Assembly (NCBI GenBank): GCA_024695415.1
Contig: JAILIE010000142.1
Location: 4,847 to 68,846, forward strand
DNA: 64,000 bases
Source of the DNA: Clostridiales bacterium
GTDB taxonomy: Bacteria; Bacillota; Clostridia; Christensenellales; Aristaeellaceae
Reading direction: 5' to 3'
In this document: piece by piece, positions 35,667 through 45,868 of the stretch
How the letters are laid out: every line of letters starts with the position of its first letter
Numbering within the stretch: position 1 is the stretch's first letter
Notes under the pieces: model-generated
What the model was told of the DNA's origin: nothing
Databases searched by the model: none
What the model saw: only the letters and a program-made list of their open reading frames with translations
Position numbers and translations under genes: made by a program

Positions 35667-36653
35667 ATGATTACAGTATCGAAAGACGGGCACGGGGATT
35701 TTACCCGTATTCAGGACGCGGTGGATGCCGCTGCCGCGCCGGAGCGGATCCTGATCCGCCCGGGAGAATACCGGGAGCGGATTATCGTGGACCGGGACGG
35801 ACTGACCCTGGCCGGGGAAGACCGTGACGCAACCGTGATCGTATGGAACGGCTGCGCGAAGGATCTGTATCCGGACGGAACAGAGAAGGGGACCTTCCTG
35901 TCCGCCACGGTGTTCATTACCGGACGGGACGTGACGCTGGAGAACCTGACGGTGGAGAACGACGCGGGGGACGGGCGCGCGGTGGGCCAGGCGGTGGCGG
36001 TGTACGCCGCGGGGGACCGCGGGGTTTTCCGGAACTGCAGCCTGAAAGCGCATCAGGATACGCTGTTCTGCGGCCCGGTGCGGCTGCCGAACACGGCGGA
36101 AGCCATCGGCGGGCGAACCGGAAACGCGGAGAAGTGCTTCCGGGTCGAGGACGGGCCGGAAACACACAGCCGCCTGTACTTTGAGGACTGCCTGATCCGG
36201 GGGGACGTGGATTTCATCTTCGGCCCCTACCGCTGCTGGTTTGAGAACTGCGGGCTGTTTATGAACGAACGCGGCGGATGGTATACCGCGGCAAACACGA
36301 ACGCGGCGCAGGAACACGGAATGGTGTTCCACCGCTGCCGCCTGACCGGGGAGTGCGAACCCGGCACCGGATACCTGGGACGGCCGTGGCGCAAAGGCGC
36401 GCGGACCGTATTCCTGGAATGTGAGATGGATGAGCATGTGGCTCCGGAAGGCTTTCAGGACTGGGACGCGGAACGCGTGGTGACCGCACGGTGCGGTGAA
36501 TGGCGGACAAAAGGCGTCCGGGCGAACCAGGAACCCCGGCATCCGGCCCAGAAACGGATGACCGATGAGGAAGCCGGACGCATTACAACGGAAACCGTTC
36601 TGGGCGGGGCGGACGGCTGGCGGCCGGACCTCGGACCGACAAGGGGGAAATGA
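35667..36653 (+). CDS. Pectin methylesterase (CE8), no signal peptide
   Basis: GDFTRIQDAV, PGEYRE, QAVAV, QDTL, DFIFG, YLGRPW. Confidence 0.92.
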   Translation: MITVSKDGHGDFTRIQDAVDAAAAPERILIRPGEYRERIIVDRDGLTLAGEDRDATVIVWNGCAKDLYPDGTEKGTFLSATVFITGRDVTLENLTVENDAGDGRAVGQAVAVYAAGDRGVFRNCSLKAHQDTLFCGPVRLPNTAEAIGGRTGNAEKCFRVEDGPETHSRLYFEDCLIRGDVDFIFGPYRCWFENCGLFMNERGGWYTAANTNAAQEHGMVFHRCRLTGECEPGTGYLGRPWRKGARTVFLECEMDEHVAPEGFQDWDAERVVTARCGEWRTKGVRANQEPRHPAQKRMTDEEAGRITTETVLGGADGWRPDLGPTRGK

Positions 36654-37715
36654 ATGTATACCAGGGAACAGCTGGAACGCTTCCCGTATTTCGCGGAGAG
36701 GCTGGGGGAAAACGACGACGTGTCCGGAATGCTGGATCAGCTGACGGGCCTGGTTTCCCGCGGGCATATCCTGTGGTTCGCCCAGTGGCTGATCGAACGG
36801 GAAATCCCCTTTTCCTTCGCGATGATGGACCTGGATAACTTCAAGTTCGTCAACGACACCTACGGACACCATGTCGGCGACGAGGTGCTGATCCATGTGG
36901 CGGACGACCTGGCGGCATACCTGGGGGAAAAGGGCGTCGCGGGGCGGTTCGGCGGGGACGAGATGCTGATTGTGAACCTGGAGGACGTGACATACGACGC
37001 GGCGAAGGCGCTTTTTATCGGGATGTATGACGGAAAGGTGCTGCGGAAAAATATCCGACTGGAGGACTGCAACCCTTTCATCACGGCCACGGTCGGATGC
37101 GCCTGTTTCCCGAAGGACGCGCAGGACTACAACCACCTTTTTGAGCTGATCGACAAAACGCTGTACCGAGGAAAGTCCAAGGGACGGAACTGCCATATCA
37201 TCTACGTGGAGGAAAAACATAAGGATATCCAGATCCGGCAGATCGCGAAGCACGGAATGTATACCACATTCAGCGGGATCGTCCGCCAGTATGAATTCGC
37301 GCCGGGCCTGGTGAACAAACTGCGAGGCGTGATGCCCCTCCTGATGGAGGAACTGCAGATCACAGACCTGTACTACGTCGGCAGCAAGGGAATCATGAGA
37401 TCAGTGCGCAACACGATGCCGGACGTGCCGGTCAGCGGGCTGGACAAGCTGCTTCGCAGCGACGACCTGTATTCAAACAACACGCTGGCGGACGTGGAGA
37501 AACGGAGCCCGGCATTCTATGAGGTGCTGAAGGCAAGGGAAGTGGAGACGCTCTGCGTGGTCCGGATCGGAATGGACATGCAAACGTTCGGATACCTGAT
37601 CTGCGCGGAGGCACGGAACCGGCGGATCTGGCAGGAGGCGGAATGCGCGATTCTGTTTTTCCTGACGAAAATGATCGCAGGGACCATCCTGATCAATGGG
37701 GAAGAACTGGAATAA
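36654..37715 (+). CDS. Cytoplasmic GGDEF protein with C-terminal GAF-like region
   Basis: DQLTGL, DLDNFKFVNDTYGH, RFGGDEM. C-terminal FGYLICAE...RIWQEAE looks GAF-like. Confidence 0.85.
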   Translation: MYTREQLERFPYFAERLGENDDVSGMLDQLTGLVSRGHILWFAQWLIEREIPFSFAMMDLDNFKFVNDTYGHHVGDEVLIHVADDLAAYLGEKGVAGRFGGDEMLIVNLEDVTYDAAKALFIGMYDGKVLRKNIRLEDCNPFITATVGCACFPKDAQDYNHLFELIDKTLYRGKSKGRNCHIIYVEEKHKDIQIRQIAKHGMYTTFSGIVRQYEFAPGLVNKLRGVMPLLMEELQITDLYYVGSKGIMRSVRNTMPDVPVSGLDKLLRSDDLYSNNTLADVEKRSPAFYEVLKAREVETLCVVRIGMDMQTFGYLICAEARNRRIWQEAECAILFFLTKMIAGTILINGEELE

Positions 37716-37771
37716 AACGCCGGTCCGCGGCGTTTTATATAGCGAAACAAAACACAGGAGGAATTCAGGCT

Positions 37772-39319
37772 ATGAAAAAACGGATTCTGGTGATTGCGGC
37801 AATCGTACTGGCACTGCTGGCGTTATGGGCCGCCACAGCGGCGGCTGACAGCCTGCCCGCGAAAATCCAGGAGTACATGGACAGCACAGGCGCGAAGGTG
37901 ACCGGAAGCGCCGCGGCGACGGACAACACCACATGGTTCGTGCTGGCAAAGGACGGAAAGGGGACGAACGTCCTGTTCTGCTTTGCCTGGAAGAACAATG
38001 AGTGGAAATACCAGTTCAAGACCAGCAAGGCGGTCTGGCAGGGAAAAGGCGAGGTGTATATCGTCACGGACAGCCAGATCCAGGATATCCAGACCGACAG
38101 GGTTTACAAGGGCAGCATCCTGGTCATCGGCCAGAACAGCGAGGACGGCGAGTACGCCGAATCCTTCTGCGCGTTCATGCGCTCCAAATCCGGCGTATGG
38201 AACCTGTTCCGGATGCGGAGCATCAACGGCAAGGGCTACAGCATGCTCTTTGAGGACGGCTCCATTTCCTACTTTAAGGACGTGGAGGGATCCCGGATCT
38301 CCGGTTCCGTCCAGGGAACGTACCAGCGGGACCTGCGGTACCTGAACATCAGCTCGATCCCGAAGACGCTGAAGTCCGCGCAGAGCAAACTGACCGTGGC
38401 GCCGACGCTGCCGAAGGATTCCGACCTGCAGGCCCAGGAAGTCCAGTTCAAGGGCGGGAAAAAGTATGAAGTGTATTCCGCTCCGTCAAAGAACTCCATC
38501 CGCGGGGCCAACGGCAAGGCGAGCGTTTCCACCAACGGATGGATCCAGGTATTCGGCCGGGAGAACGGATGGATCCTGATCCAGTACTCCATCGACAGCG
38601 ACCATTACCGCTTCGGATACATCGAGGATTCCTCCCTGCCGAAGGACGCGGCGGTGAGCTGGCTGGATTTCAACTATATTACGGTGGAGGCGGAAAGGAC
38701 CGTCAGCGTGACGGACGATCCGCTGTATTCCCATAACACCCTGACCACGCTGCAGGCCGGGGAAACGGTGACCTGGCTGGCCAGCGTAGGCGACTGGGCC
38801 TATATCGAGGGCAGCAACTACCGCGGATTCGTGCCTTCCGACGCGGTCTTCATTCCCCAGAGCAAGGAAACATTTACGGACTACACGGCCGCCAACGGAC
38901 AGGTGTACGATCTGTTTGAGATTACGAAGCTGCTCTATGACGCGGGCCACAAGGTATACGCGGTCGAGGGGAACTATTCCCGGATCATCGAGGACGAGGA
39001 CTGCTATGCCAGCGAGGAAGCGGACGGCGGAAAGAAATTCACCTATATGCTGGCGCAGAACTTCCACGCTCGGATGCTGAACCGGAACACGAGCGACCCG
39101 GCGGACACCTTTACCGAGGAAACGGACCTGTATGACTGGTATGTGGCCGCGTACCTGGGAGACGTTCCGGTGACCGGAAACCTGGTGTTCCAGTGCGACC
39201 TGTCCGAGGAGGAGCAGCTGGATACGGAGGTCGATTTCTGGTTCGTAACCACGAAGATCCGCCTGAACAACCAGGGCGAGATCGAATACATGGAATATGT
39301 ATATGTGCCGTGGGGCTGA
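37772..39319 (+). CDS. Secreted hypothetical protein with SH3b-like repeats
   Basis: AGGAGG RBS and signal peptide. Motifs VYSAPS..., GRENGWILIQY, RFGYI, GDWAYIE...RGFVP resemble bacterial SH3 domains. Confidence 0.7.
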   Translation: MKKRILVIAAIVLALLALWAATAAADSLPAKIQEYMDSTGAKVTGSAAATDNTTWFVLAKDGKGTNVLFCFAWKNNEWKYQFKTSKAVWQGKGEVYIVTDSQIQDIQTDRVYKGSILVIGQNSEDGEYAESFCAFMRSKSGVWNLFRMRSINGKGYSMLFEDGSISYFKDVEGSRISGSVQGTYQRDLRYLNISSIPKTLKSAQSKLTVAPTLPKDSDLQAQEVQFKGGKKYEVYSAPSKNSIRGANGKASVSTNGWIQVFGRENGWILIQYSIDSDHYRFGYIEDSSLPKDAAVSWLDFNYITVEAERTVSVTDDPLYSHNTLTTLQAGETVTWLASVGDWAYIEGSNYRGFVPSDAVFIPQSKETFTDYTAANGQVYDLFEITKLLYDAGHKVYAVEGNYSRIIEDEDCYASEEADGGKKFTYMLAQNFHARMLNRNTSDPADTFTEETDLYDWYVAAYLGDVPVTGNLVFQCDLSEEEQLDTEVDFWFVTTKIRLNNQGEIEYMEYVYVPWG

Positions 39320-39334
39320 TAAACAAAACAAATG

Positions 39335-39369
39335 AAAGGGCGGATCCCGGTTTCGGGATCCGCCCTTTT
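39335..39369. terminator. Bidirectional intrinsic terminator
   Basis: AAAGGGCGGATCCCG-GTTT-CGGGATCCGCCCTTTT. Confidence 0.85.
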
Positions 39370-39382
39370 ACGGTTATTTCGG

Positions 39383-40129
39383 TCAATAGGGAGCGGGGAA
39401 ATCACGTTCCACTTTGGCGACGGTTTCCTCCAGGGTCATGCCGGTGAAGTTCTGGGCGCCGAGATACCGGCCGGAACGTCGGTCGTCCGCGAAAACGCCG
39501 GCGACGATTCCGGGAATCGCGCTTTCCGGCGCGTTCGGCGCCTGCTGTCCGCCCAGATCCGTCCGGCACCAGCCGGGATCGGTCAGGTTGATCATCACGT
39601 CCGTCCCGTTCACCTTCGATCCCAGATCGATCGTGATCTTGTCCAGCGCGGCCTTGCTGGCGGAATAGCCGGCCTGGCAGACGTCCAGGGCAATCCCGCT
39701 GGTGGTGTTCAGGATCCGGCCGGATCCCCGGGCGATCATGCCGGGCAGGAAATGGTAGCAGATCATCGCCGGCGCGATGGTGTTCACCCGGAAGCTGATC
39801 TCATAATCCGATACCGGCGTATTCAGGTAATCCGTGCGGTAGGCGATCTGCAGCCCGGCGTTGTTCAGCACGATGTCCACCGGGACGCCGAGGGCGTCAA
39901 TCTCCTGAAGCATTCCGCGGACGGCTTCCGGGTCGCCGAGATCCGCGGCGACAGCGCAGGCGGAGACGCCCATGGAGCGCACTTCCGCCAGGACTTTTTC
40001 CGTATGGCTGAGGCTGCGGCTGTGCAGGATCAGGTTGCAGCCCTGCTCCGCCATAAACCTCGCGGTCAGATAGCCGATTCCCCGCGCGGCGCCGGTGATC
40101 AGCGCCCATTTTCCCTTGACCTCATACAT
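39383..40129 (-). CDS. Short-chain dehydrogenase/reductase
   Basis: TGAARGIG, NNAG, YSASK, DPGWCRTDLGG. Confidence 0.9.
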   Translation of the reverse strand: MYEVKGKWALITGAARGIGYLTARFMAEQGCNLILHSRSLSHTEKVLAEVRSMGVSACAVAADLGDPEAVRGMLQEIDALGVPVDIVLNNAGLQIAYRTDYLNTPVSDYEISFRVNTIAPAMICYHFLPGMIARGSGRILNTTSGIALDVCQAGYSASKAALDKITIDLGSKVNGTDVMINLTDPGWCRTDLGGQQAPNAPESAIPGIVAGVFADDRRSGRYLGAQNFTGMTLEETVAKVERDFPAPY

Positions 40130-40195
40130 GAACTGTTCCCTCCTGTATGTACGGTCCGGCCGGCAGGCGGCGGACCGGAATTGATGTCCGGAGAC

Positions 40196-40272
40196 ATCTT
40201 AAACCTTCGAGCAAACTCTAAGTCAATAGCGCAGAAAAAGATTGACTTAGAGTTAACTTTAAAGGATAGGAT
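40196..40272. promoter_or_regulatory. Back-to-back MerR-type promoters (19-bp spacers)
   Basis: Plus strand TTGACT(40242)-19 bp-TAGGAT. Minus strand TTGACT(40226)-19 bp-TAAGAT. Spacer dyad TTAGAGTTAACTTTAA. Confidence 0.75.
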
Positions 40273-40317
40273 ATATTCCTGTGATAAGCGGATCAACGGA
40301 CGAACAGGAGGCTGCCT

Positions 40318-42063
40318 ATGAAGATGCTGTGGAGACTGAGCCGGGAGGCTGTCCGCTACCGGGGACTGTACGTCATCGCCATACTGGCCACACTGGGGCT
40401 GACCGCGGTGAACCTGGCGGCGCCGAAGGCGCTGTCCGCGATGACGGGCATCGTGGAGCGCGGCGTGGACGAGGAAGGCCTGCGCCAGATCGGTATCCTG
40501 ACAGCGGTGCTGATCGGCCTGTACCTGCTGCGGATCCTTTTCCGCTTCCTGAGCAATTACCTGGCGCACAAGGCCGCGTGGTACCTGGTGGGCGACCTGC
40601 GCACGCGGACTTATGACAAGCTGGAGCGCATGCACCTGGGATACTTCCACGATAAGCAGACCGGCGACCTGATGAGCCGGGTGGTGAACGATACCCGGGA
40701 TTTTGAACTGCTTTACGCGCACATGATCCCGGACACCATCACCAACCTGGTGACGTTTCTCGGCGTGCTGGCCGTCCTGCTGACGATCAACCCGAAGCTG
40801 GCGCTGATCACCTGCGCGCCGATTCCCCTGATCCTGGTTTCCGGCGTGGTTTTCTCCAAAAAAGTCAGGCCGTATTTCCGGATATCCCAGAAGAAGATGG
40901 GCGAGCTGAACGGGAAACTGCAGGACAATCTTTCCGGCGTGCATGAAATCCAGTCCTTCGGACGGGAGGAATATGAGACCGGCAAGGTGAACGAGCGGAA
41001 TTTCGAACACATCCGCGCCATGCTGCAGGCGCTGAAAATCAGCGCGATTTTCCATCCTTCCGTCGAGTTTATTTCCTCCCTGGGTACGATCCTCGTCGTC
41101 GGCTTCGGCGGATACCTGGCGTATCGGGAGGGCCTGAAGGTGGAGGACATTGTCGCCTTCCTGCTGTATCTCGGGTTGTTCTACGGACCGGTGACCGGGC
41201 TGGCCAACATGCTGGAAAGCATGCAGCAGTCCATGGCCGGCGCGGAACGCGTGCTGGCGGTGCTGGATACTCCCTGCGAAATCATGGACAAGGCCGCGGC
41301 GGTTCCGCTGGAGAACGTCCGGGGCGACCTGGTTTTCGACCATGTCAGTTTTTCCTACAACGAGGACATCCCTGTCCTGAAAGATGTATCCTTCCATTGT
41401 GAGCCGGGGAAGATGCTGGCGCTCGTCGGTCCGACCGGCGTCGGAAAAACGACGCTGACCCAGCTGATCTCCCGGTTCTATGAGCCCACGGAGGGGCAGA
41501 TCCTGATCGACGGGCAGGATATCAGCGGCGTGACGCTGGAGAGCCTCAGGCGATGCATTTCCCCGGTGCTGCAGGATACGTTCCTGTTCAACGGAAGCAT
41601 CGCGGAGAACATCGGCTACGCCGTGCCGGACGCCGGGATGGACGAAATCATGGAGGCTGCGAAAGCCGCGAATATCCATGAGGACATCCTGGCGATGCCC
41701 GACGGATATGAAACCCAGGTCGGGGAGCGCGGACTGCGCCTTTCCGGCGGACAGAAACAGCGCGTCGCTATCGCGCGCGCCATTCTGCGGAAATCCCCGA
41801 TTATTATCCTGGACGAGGCGACCGCCTCGGTGGATGTGGAAACAGAGCAGCAGATCCAGAAGGCGATCGCCGGGATCGCGGGAAGCCGGACGATCATCGC
41901 CATCGCGCACCGGCTGTCCACCATCCGCAACGCGGACAAGATCCTGGTGATCGAAAACGGAAGCGTGACGGAGGAAGGCACCCACGAGGAACTGGTGGCC
42001 CTGGGCGGAAGCTATGCCCGGATGAACCGGATCCAGACCGCGGAAACCGGCGGGATCGCCTGA
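40318..42063 (+). CDS. ABC exporter, fused permease/ATPase (MDR-like)
   Basis: TM domain, GPTGVGKT, LSGGQKQR, LDEATAS, IAHRLST. Confidence 0.95.
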   Translation: MKMLWRLSREAVRYRGLYVIAILATLGLTAVNLAAPKALSAMTGIVERGVDEEGLRQIGILTAVLIGLYLLRILFRFLSNYLAHKAAWYLVGDLRTRTYDKLERMHLGYFHDKQTGDLMSRVVNDTRDFELLYAHMIPDTITNLVTFLGVLAVLLTINPKLALITCAPIPLILVSGVVFSKKVRPYFRISQKKMGELNGKLQDNLSGVHEIQSFGREEYETGKVNERNFEHIRAMLQALKISAIFHPSVEFISSLGTILVVGFGGYLAYREGLKVEDIVAFLLYLGLFYGPVTGLANMLESMQQSMAGAERVLAVLDTPCEIMDKAAAVPLENVRGDLVFDHVSFSYNEDIPVLKDVSFHCEPGKMLALVGPTGVGKTTLTQLISRFYEPTEGQILIDGQDISGVTLESLRRCISPVLQDTFLFNGSIAENIGYAVPDAGMDEIMEAAKAANIHEDILAMPDGYETQVGERGLRLSGGQKQRVAIARAILRKSPIIILDEATASVDVETEQQIQKAIAGIAGSRTIIAIAHRLSTIRNADKILVIENGSVTEEGTHEELVALGGSYARMNRIQTAETGGIA

Positions 42064-42096
42064 GCGCCGGGCAACAGAAAGGGGCGCGGAGCCCCG

Positions 42097-43245
42097 TCAG
42101 TCCAGGGACGCGTACATGGAGGCCATCAGCTTCGGAATAAACCGGTAATGATCCCCGGGCAGGTTGGTGGTCAGGTAGACACAGGTCAGGTTCTCCTTCG
42201 GATCGACACAGAACCAGTTGCCGAACGCGCCGTCCCAGCCCCATTCACCGACGGAGCCGTTGATGCCCGCCAGCTCGGGATTGGTCATCACCCGGACGCC
42301 CAGGCCGTAGCCGTAGCCGCGCTGGGTATCCCAGCTGTCCCCCTTGCGCTGCTGGGGCGTCAGGTGGTCGGTGGAGATCAGGTCGACGGTCTTCCGGCCG
42401 AGGACGCGGACGCCGTCAAGCGTGCCGCCGTGGAGCAGCATCTGGGCAAACCGTGAATAATCCCGGACGGTGGAGGACAGTCCGCCGCCGCCGCTTTCGA
42501 ACTGCGGCGTGCATTTCGGATACCATTTCTCCTCCGGCCGCAGGTTCTCGTGGATATGGTACAGCGTGGCGAGACGGCCGCGCTTTTCCTCCGGAACGAA
42601 GAAACCGGTGTCCTCCATGCCGAGCGGGTCAAAGATATTTACCTTCAGGTATTCGCCGAGGGATTTGCCGGTCAGCACCTCAATGACCGCACCGAGCACA
42701 TCGATCGAGAAACCGTACATCCATTTTTCACCGGGCTCAAAGGCCAGCGGCAGCTGCCCGACCAGGTTCGCGTATTCCACGGCCCCGGGCATATCCTTCC
42801 CGCTTTCCTCCCATTCCTTTTCCTTTTCCATCCGGATCCGGCCCGCGGCGGTGTCCGCCCATCCGTAGGGAACGCCGCTGGTCATGGTGAACAGCTGGCG
42901 CATGGTGACTTCGCCCTTCGCGTCCACGATCTCACAGGACCCGTCCGGCTTTTCCACCGCGACCTTCGGGTTTTTGAATCCCGGCAGGTATTCCGATACG
43001 GGATCCCACATTTTGAAACGGCCCTGCTCATACAGCTGCATGATGCCGGCGACGGTGATCACCTTGGACATGGAGGCAATCGGAAAGATCGTGCTTTCCG
43101 GGGCGATCCCGACCTTGTTTTCAATATCTGCGTATCCGAAGCCGTCCTCCAGAAGGACTTCGTCGTTCCGCAGGATCCGGACGGCGCATCCGGCAATCTG
43201 CCCGGAGGAAACAAAACCGCTGAGCGTGTTCTGAATGAGATTCAT
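42097..43245 (-). CDS. Serine hydrolase, beta-lactamase/class C esterase family
   Basis: IASMSK (SxxK), LFTMTSG, FEPGEKWMY, GGGLSST, WDG. GAAAGGA RBS. Confidence 0.88.
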   Translation of the reverse strand: MNLIQNTLSGFVSSGQIAGCAVRILRNDEVLLEDGFGYADIENKVGIAPESTIFPIASMSKVITVAGIMQLYEQGRFKMWDPVSEYLPGFKNPKVAVEKPDGSCEIVDAKGEVTMRQLFTMTSGVPYGWADTAAGRIRMEKEKEWEESGKDMPGAVEYANLVGQLPLAFEPGEKWMYGFSIDVLGAVIEVLTGKSLGEYLKVNIFDPLGMEDTGFFVPEEKRGRLATLYHIHENLRPEEKWYPKCTPQFESGGGGLSSTVRDYSRFAQMLLHGGTLDGVRVLGRKTVDLISTDHLTPQQRKGDSWDTQRGYGYGLGVRVMTNPELAGINGSVGEWGWDGAFGNWFCVDPKENLTCVYLTTNLPGDHYRFIPKLMASMYASLD

Positions 43246-43427
43246 TCCAATCATCCTTTCCGTCTGTTCCGTATATGGTTCCGCCGTTGAGAGAGTCGCG
43301 AACAATATACCATATTCCGGGAAAATCGGAAAGCGGATGTTCGCTTTTCCGGCGCGGAGATGGTATAATACCCCTGTCACGAACCCGCGGCAGGAAAGCG
43401 GAACTACCGAAAAATGGAGGAAACCAT

Positions 43428-45125
43428 ATGACCCGTTTCAGTGAGATTCCCTATAAGCGCCCGGATATGGAAGGCCTGAAGGCCGCCATGGAGGAAGCGA
43501 CCCGGAAGGTCCGGGAAGCGAAGGGTTACGAGGAGGTCCGCGAAGCGTATTTCGCGGTGCAGGAAAAGGAAACCGAAGCAGATACCATGTATACCGTCTG
43601 CTTTGTCCGCAATTCGATCGACACGACGGATCCGTTCTATGAAAGCGAGTTCGCGTGGCTGCGGGAGGCCGAAGCGCAGCTGATCCCGACCGGCAAAACC
43701 TGGCAGGAGGCGCTGGCCGGATCCCCGTTCCGCGGGGCGTTCGAGGCGGAGTTCGGCGCGCAGCTTTTCCGGAAGATCGACGCCGACCTTCTGACCAATG
43801 ACGAAAAGATCATCGCCGATACGATCCGCGAGGGAGAACTGCGCCAGGCGTACCAGAAGGAGACGGCGGCCGCCTCGACGGAGTTCCGGGGAGAAAAGTG
43901 CAATTTCTACGGCCTGCTGAAGCACATGCAGAGCACGGACCGTGCGGAACGGAAGGAAGCGTTTGAGGCCTGGGCGGGGCTGTATGAAAAAATCAGCGGC
44001 ACGCTGGAGGAGCAGTACGGCGAGATGGTCCGGCTGCGCGACGGGATGGCCCGGAAGATGGGTTTCGAAACCTATACCGATATGGCCTATATCATGCGCA
44101 AGCGTTTCGACTATACCCGGGAGGACGCCGCCCGGTTCCGGGAGCAGGTGCGGACGATCATTACCCCGGCGGTGGCGGAAATCCGGGAAGCCCAGCGGAA
44201 GAAGCTGGGTGTGGACGTGCTGCGCTATTACGACGAGGGAATCAAGTTTCCGGACGGCAACGCCCTGCCGATCGGCACCGCGAAGGAGCTGACGGAGAAG
44301 GCGCGGAAGATGTACCGGGAGATGAGCCCGGAGACCGGGGAGTTCTTTGATTTCATGGCCGAACACGAGCTGTTCGACCTGGAGACGAAGCCCGGCAAGC
44401 GGATGGGCGGATATATGACCTCCTTCCCGGCTTTCAGGGCGCCGTTCATCTTCAGCAATTTCAACGGCACCGAAGCGGACGTGGACGTGCTGACCCATGA
44501 GGCGGGGCACGCCTTCCAGGGCTACCTGGCCATGCGCTCCATTCCGGTGGCGGCGCTGCGCGGATCCACGTCGGAAATCAACGAAATCCATTCCATGTCC
44601 ATGGAGCATTTTGCCTATCCCTGGATGGAATACTTCTTCGGCGGCCAGAAGGAAAAATATATCACGGCCCACCTCTTCGGCGCGCTGTGCACGATTCCGT
44701 ACCTGGTCAGCGTGGACGAGTTCCAGCACGCGGTATACGCGGATCCCGGCATGACGCCGGCGGACTGGCGGAAGACGTGGCGGGAGATCGAAAAGAAATA
44801 CATGCCCTGGCGCGACTATGACGGCAACGCGTTCCTGGAGGAGGGCGGTTTCTGGATGCAGAAGCAGCACATCTTCCTCTATCCGTTCTACTATATCGAA
44901 TACGCGCTGTCCCAGATCTGCGCGTTCCAGTATTACGGCCGCATGAAGGAGGACCGGAAGGCGGCGTGGGAGGACTATCTGCGGCTGTGCCGCGCCGGCG
45001 GAACGAAGGGATATTTCGAACTGCTGGAGACCGGTAACCTGCTGAGTCCCTTCGGGGACGGCACGGTGGAGAAGAGCACCGCGCACGTGATCGCGGAGAT
45101 CCGGGAACGGTATATCGGAGACTGA
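43428..45125 (+). CDS. M3-family oligoendopeptidase
   Basis: KPGKRMGGY, PFIFSNFNG, THEAGHAFQ, EIHSMSME, PFYYIEY. Confidence 0.92.
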   Translation: MTRFSEIPYKRPDMEGLKAAMEEATRKVREAKGYEEVREAYFAVQEKETEADTMYTVCFVRNSIDTTDPFYESEFAWLREAEAQLIPTGKTWQEALAGSPFRGAFEAEFGAQLFRKIDADLLTNDEKIIADTIREGELRQAYQKETAAASTEFRGEKCNFYGLLKHMQSTDRAERKEAFEAWAGLYEKISGTLEEQYGEMVRLRDGMARKMGFETYTDMAYIMRKRFDYTREDAARFREQVRTIITPAVAEIREAQRKKLGVDVLRYYDEGIKFPDGNALPIGTAKELTEKARKMYREMSPETGEFFDFMAEHELFDLETKPGKRMGGYMTSFPAFRAPFIFSNFNGTEADVDVLTHEAGHAFQGYLAMRSIPVAALRGSTSEINEIHSMSMEHFAYPWMEYFFGGQKEKYITAHLFGALCTIPYLVSVDEFQHAVYADPGMTPADWRKTWREIEKKYMPWRDYDGNAFLEEGGFWMQKQHIFLYPFYYIEYALSQICAFQYYGRMKEDRKAAWEDYLRLCRAGGTKGYFELLETGNLLSPFGDGTVEKSTAHVIAEIRERYIGD

Positions 45126-45136
45126 CGGGGGAAAGC

Positions 45137-45868
45137 ATGGAAACCATCAACGGTGAATGGATCATGAAAGGGTGCCGGCGGACGGACCGGGACTGCCTGC
45201 ACTCGCCGGAGGACCTGCTGGCGCTGGTTCAGCAGGTCGGTTTCCTGCCGCTTTTTTCCAATGAAATCCCCGGCTTTTCGGTGGAGGAACACACGCCCGG
45301 CGCCGACTGGTGGACGGACGATCCGGCGACGGATCCATGGGCCTGGCGGCAGGTGCTGGCGTCCAATGAGTTCATCGCCTACGGCAAGTTCTTTGACAAA
45401 AAGGCCGGGTTCGTATCCCGGGACTGGTTCCCGGACTTCGCGAACTGGCGCCGGGACGGGTACGACTATGAAGGCATGTATGAAGACGGGAAGATGAAGC
45501 ACCGGAACCGGCAGATCATGGACGCGCTGGAACCGGACGACCAGTGCCGGGGGCTGGAACTGTTGTCCTGTGACCTGAAAAAGAAGGCGGCGGTTGAAAA
45601 AGGCTTCGAAGGGGCGCTGACTGAACTGCAGATGCAGACCTTCCTGATCATGAGCGATTTCCGGCAGCGGAAAAACAAATACGGGGTCGGGTACGGCTGG
45701 CATGTGGCGGCGCTGATGACTCCGGAAACGAAATGGGGATACGACCGGGTGAACGGCTGCGGCCGGAAACCGGACGAATCCCGGGAGCGGATCCGGGAGC
45801 AGATCCTCCGCTTTTTCCCGGACGCCGCGGAAAAAGACATCGGAAAGGTCACGGGGATCCGGAATTAG
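45137..45868 (+). CDS. Conserved hypothetical protein, probably AlkZ-related winged-helix family
   Basis: GFLPLF, DPWAWR, AYGKFFDKKAGFVS, LQMQTFL, YGW motifs, recognised from memory of this family. Confidence 0.55.
   Translation: METINGEWIMKGCRRTDRDCLHSPEDLLALVQQVGFLPLFSNEIPGFSVEEHTPGADWWTDDPATDPWAWRQVLASNEFIAYGKFFDKKAGFVSRDWFPDFANWRRDGYDYEGMYEDGKMKHRNRQIMDALEPDDQCRGLELLSCDLKKKAAVEKGFEGALTELQMQTFLIMSDFRQRKNKYGVGYGWHVAALMTPETKWGYDRVNGCGRKPDESRERIREQILRFFPDAAEKDIGKVTGIRN

Noticed and set aside
42097-43245. True beta-lactamase resistance gene
   Set aside because: No signal peptide, and it has an esterase-type WDG motif rather than KTG. More likely a cytoplasmic esterase.
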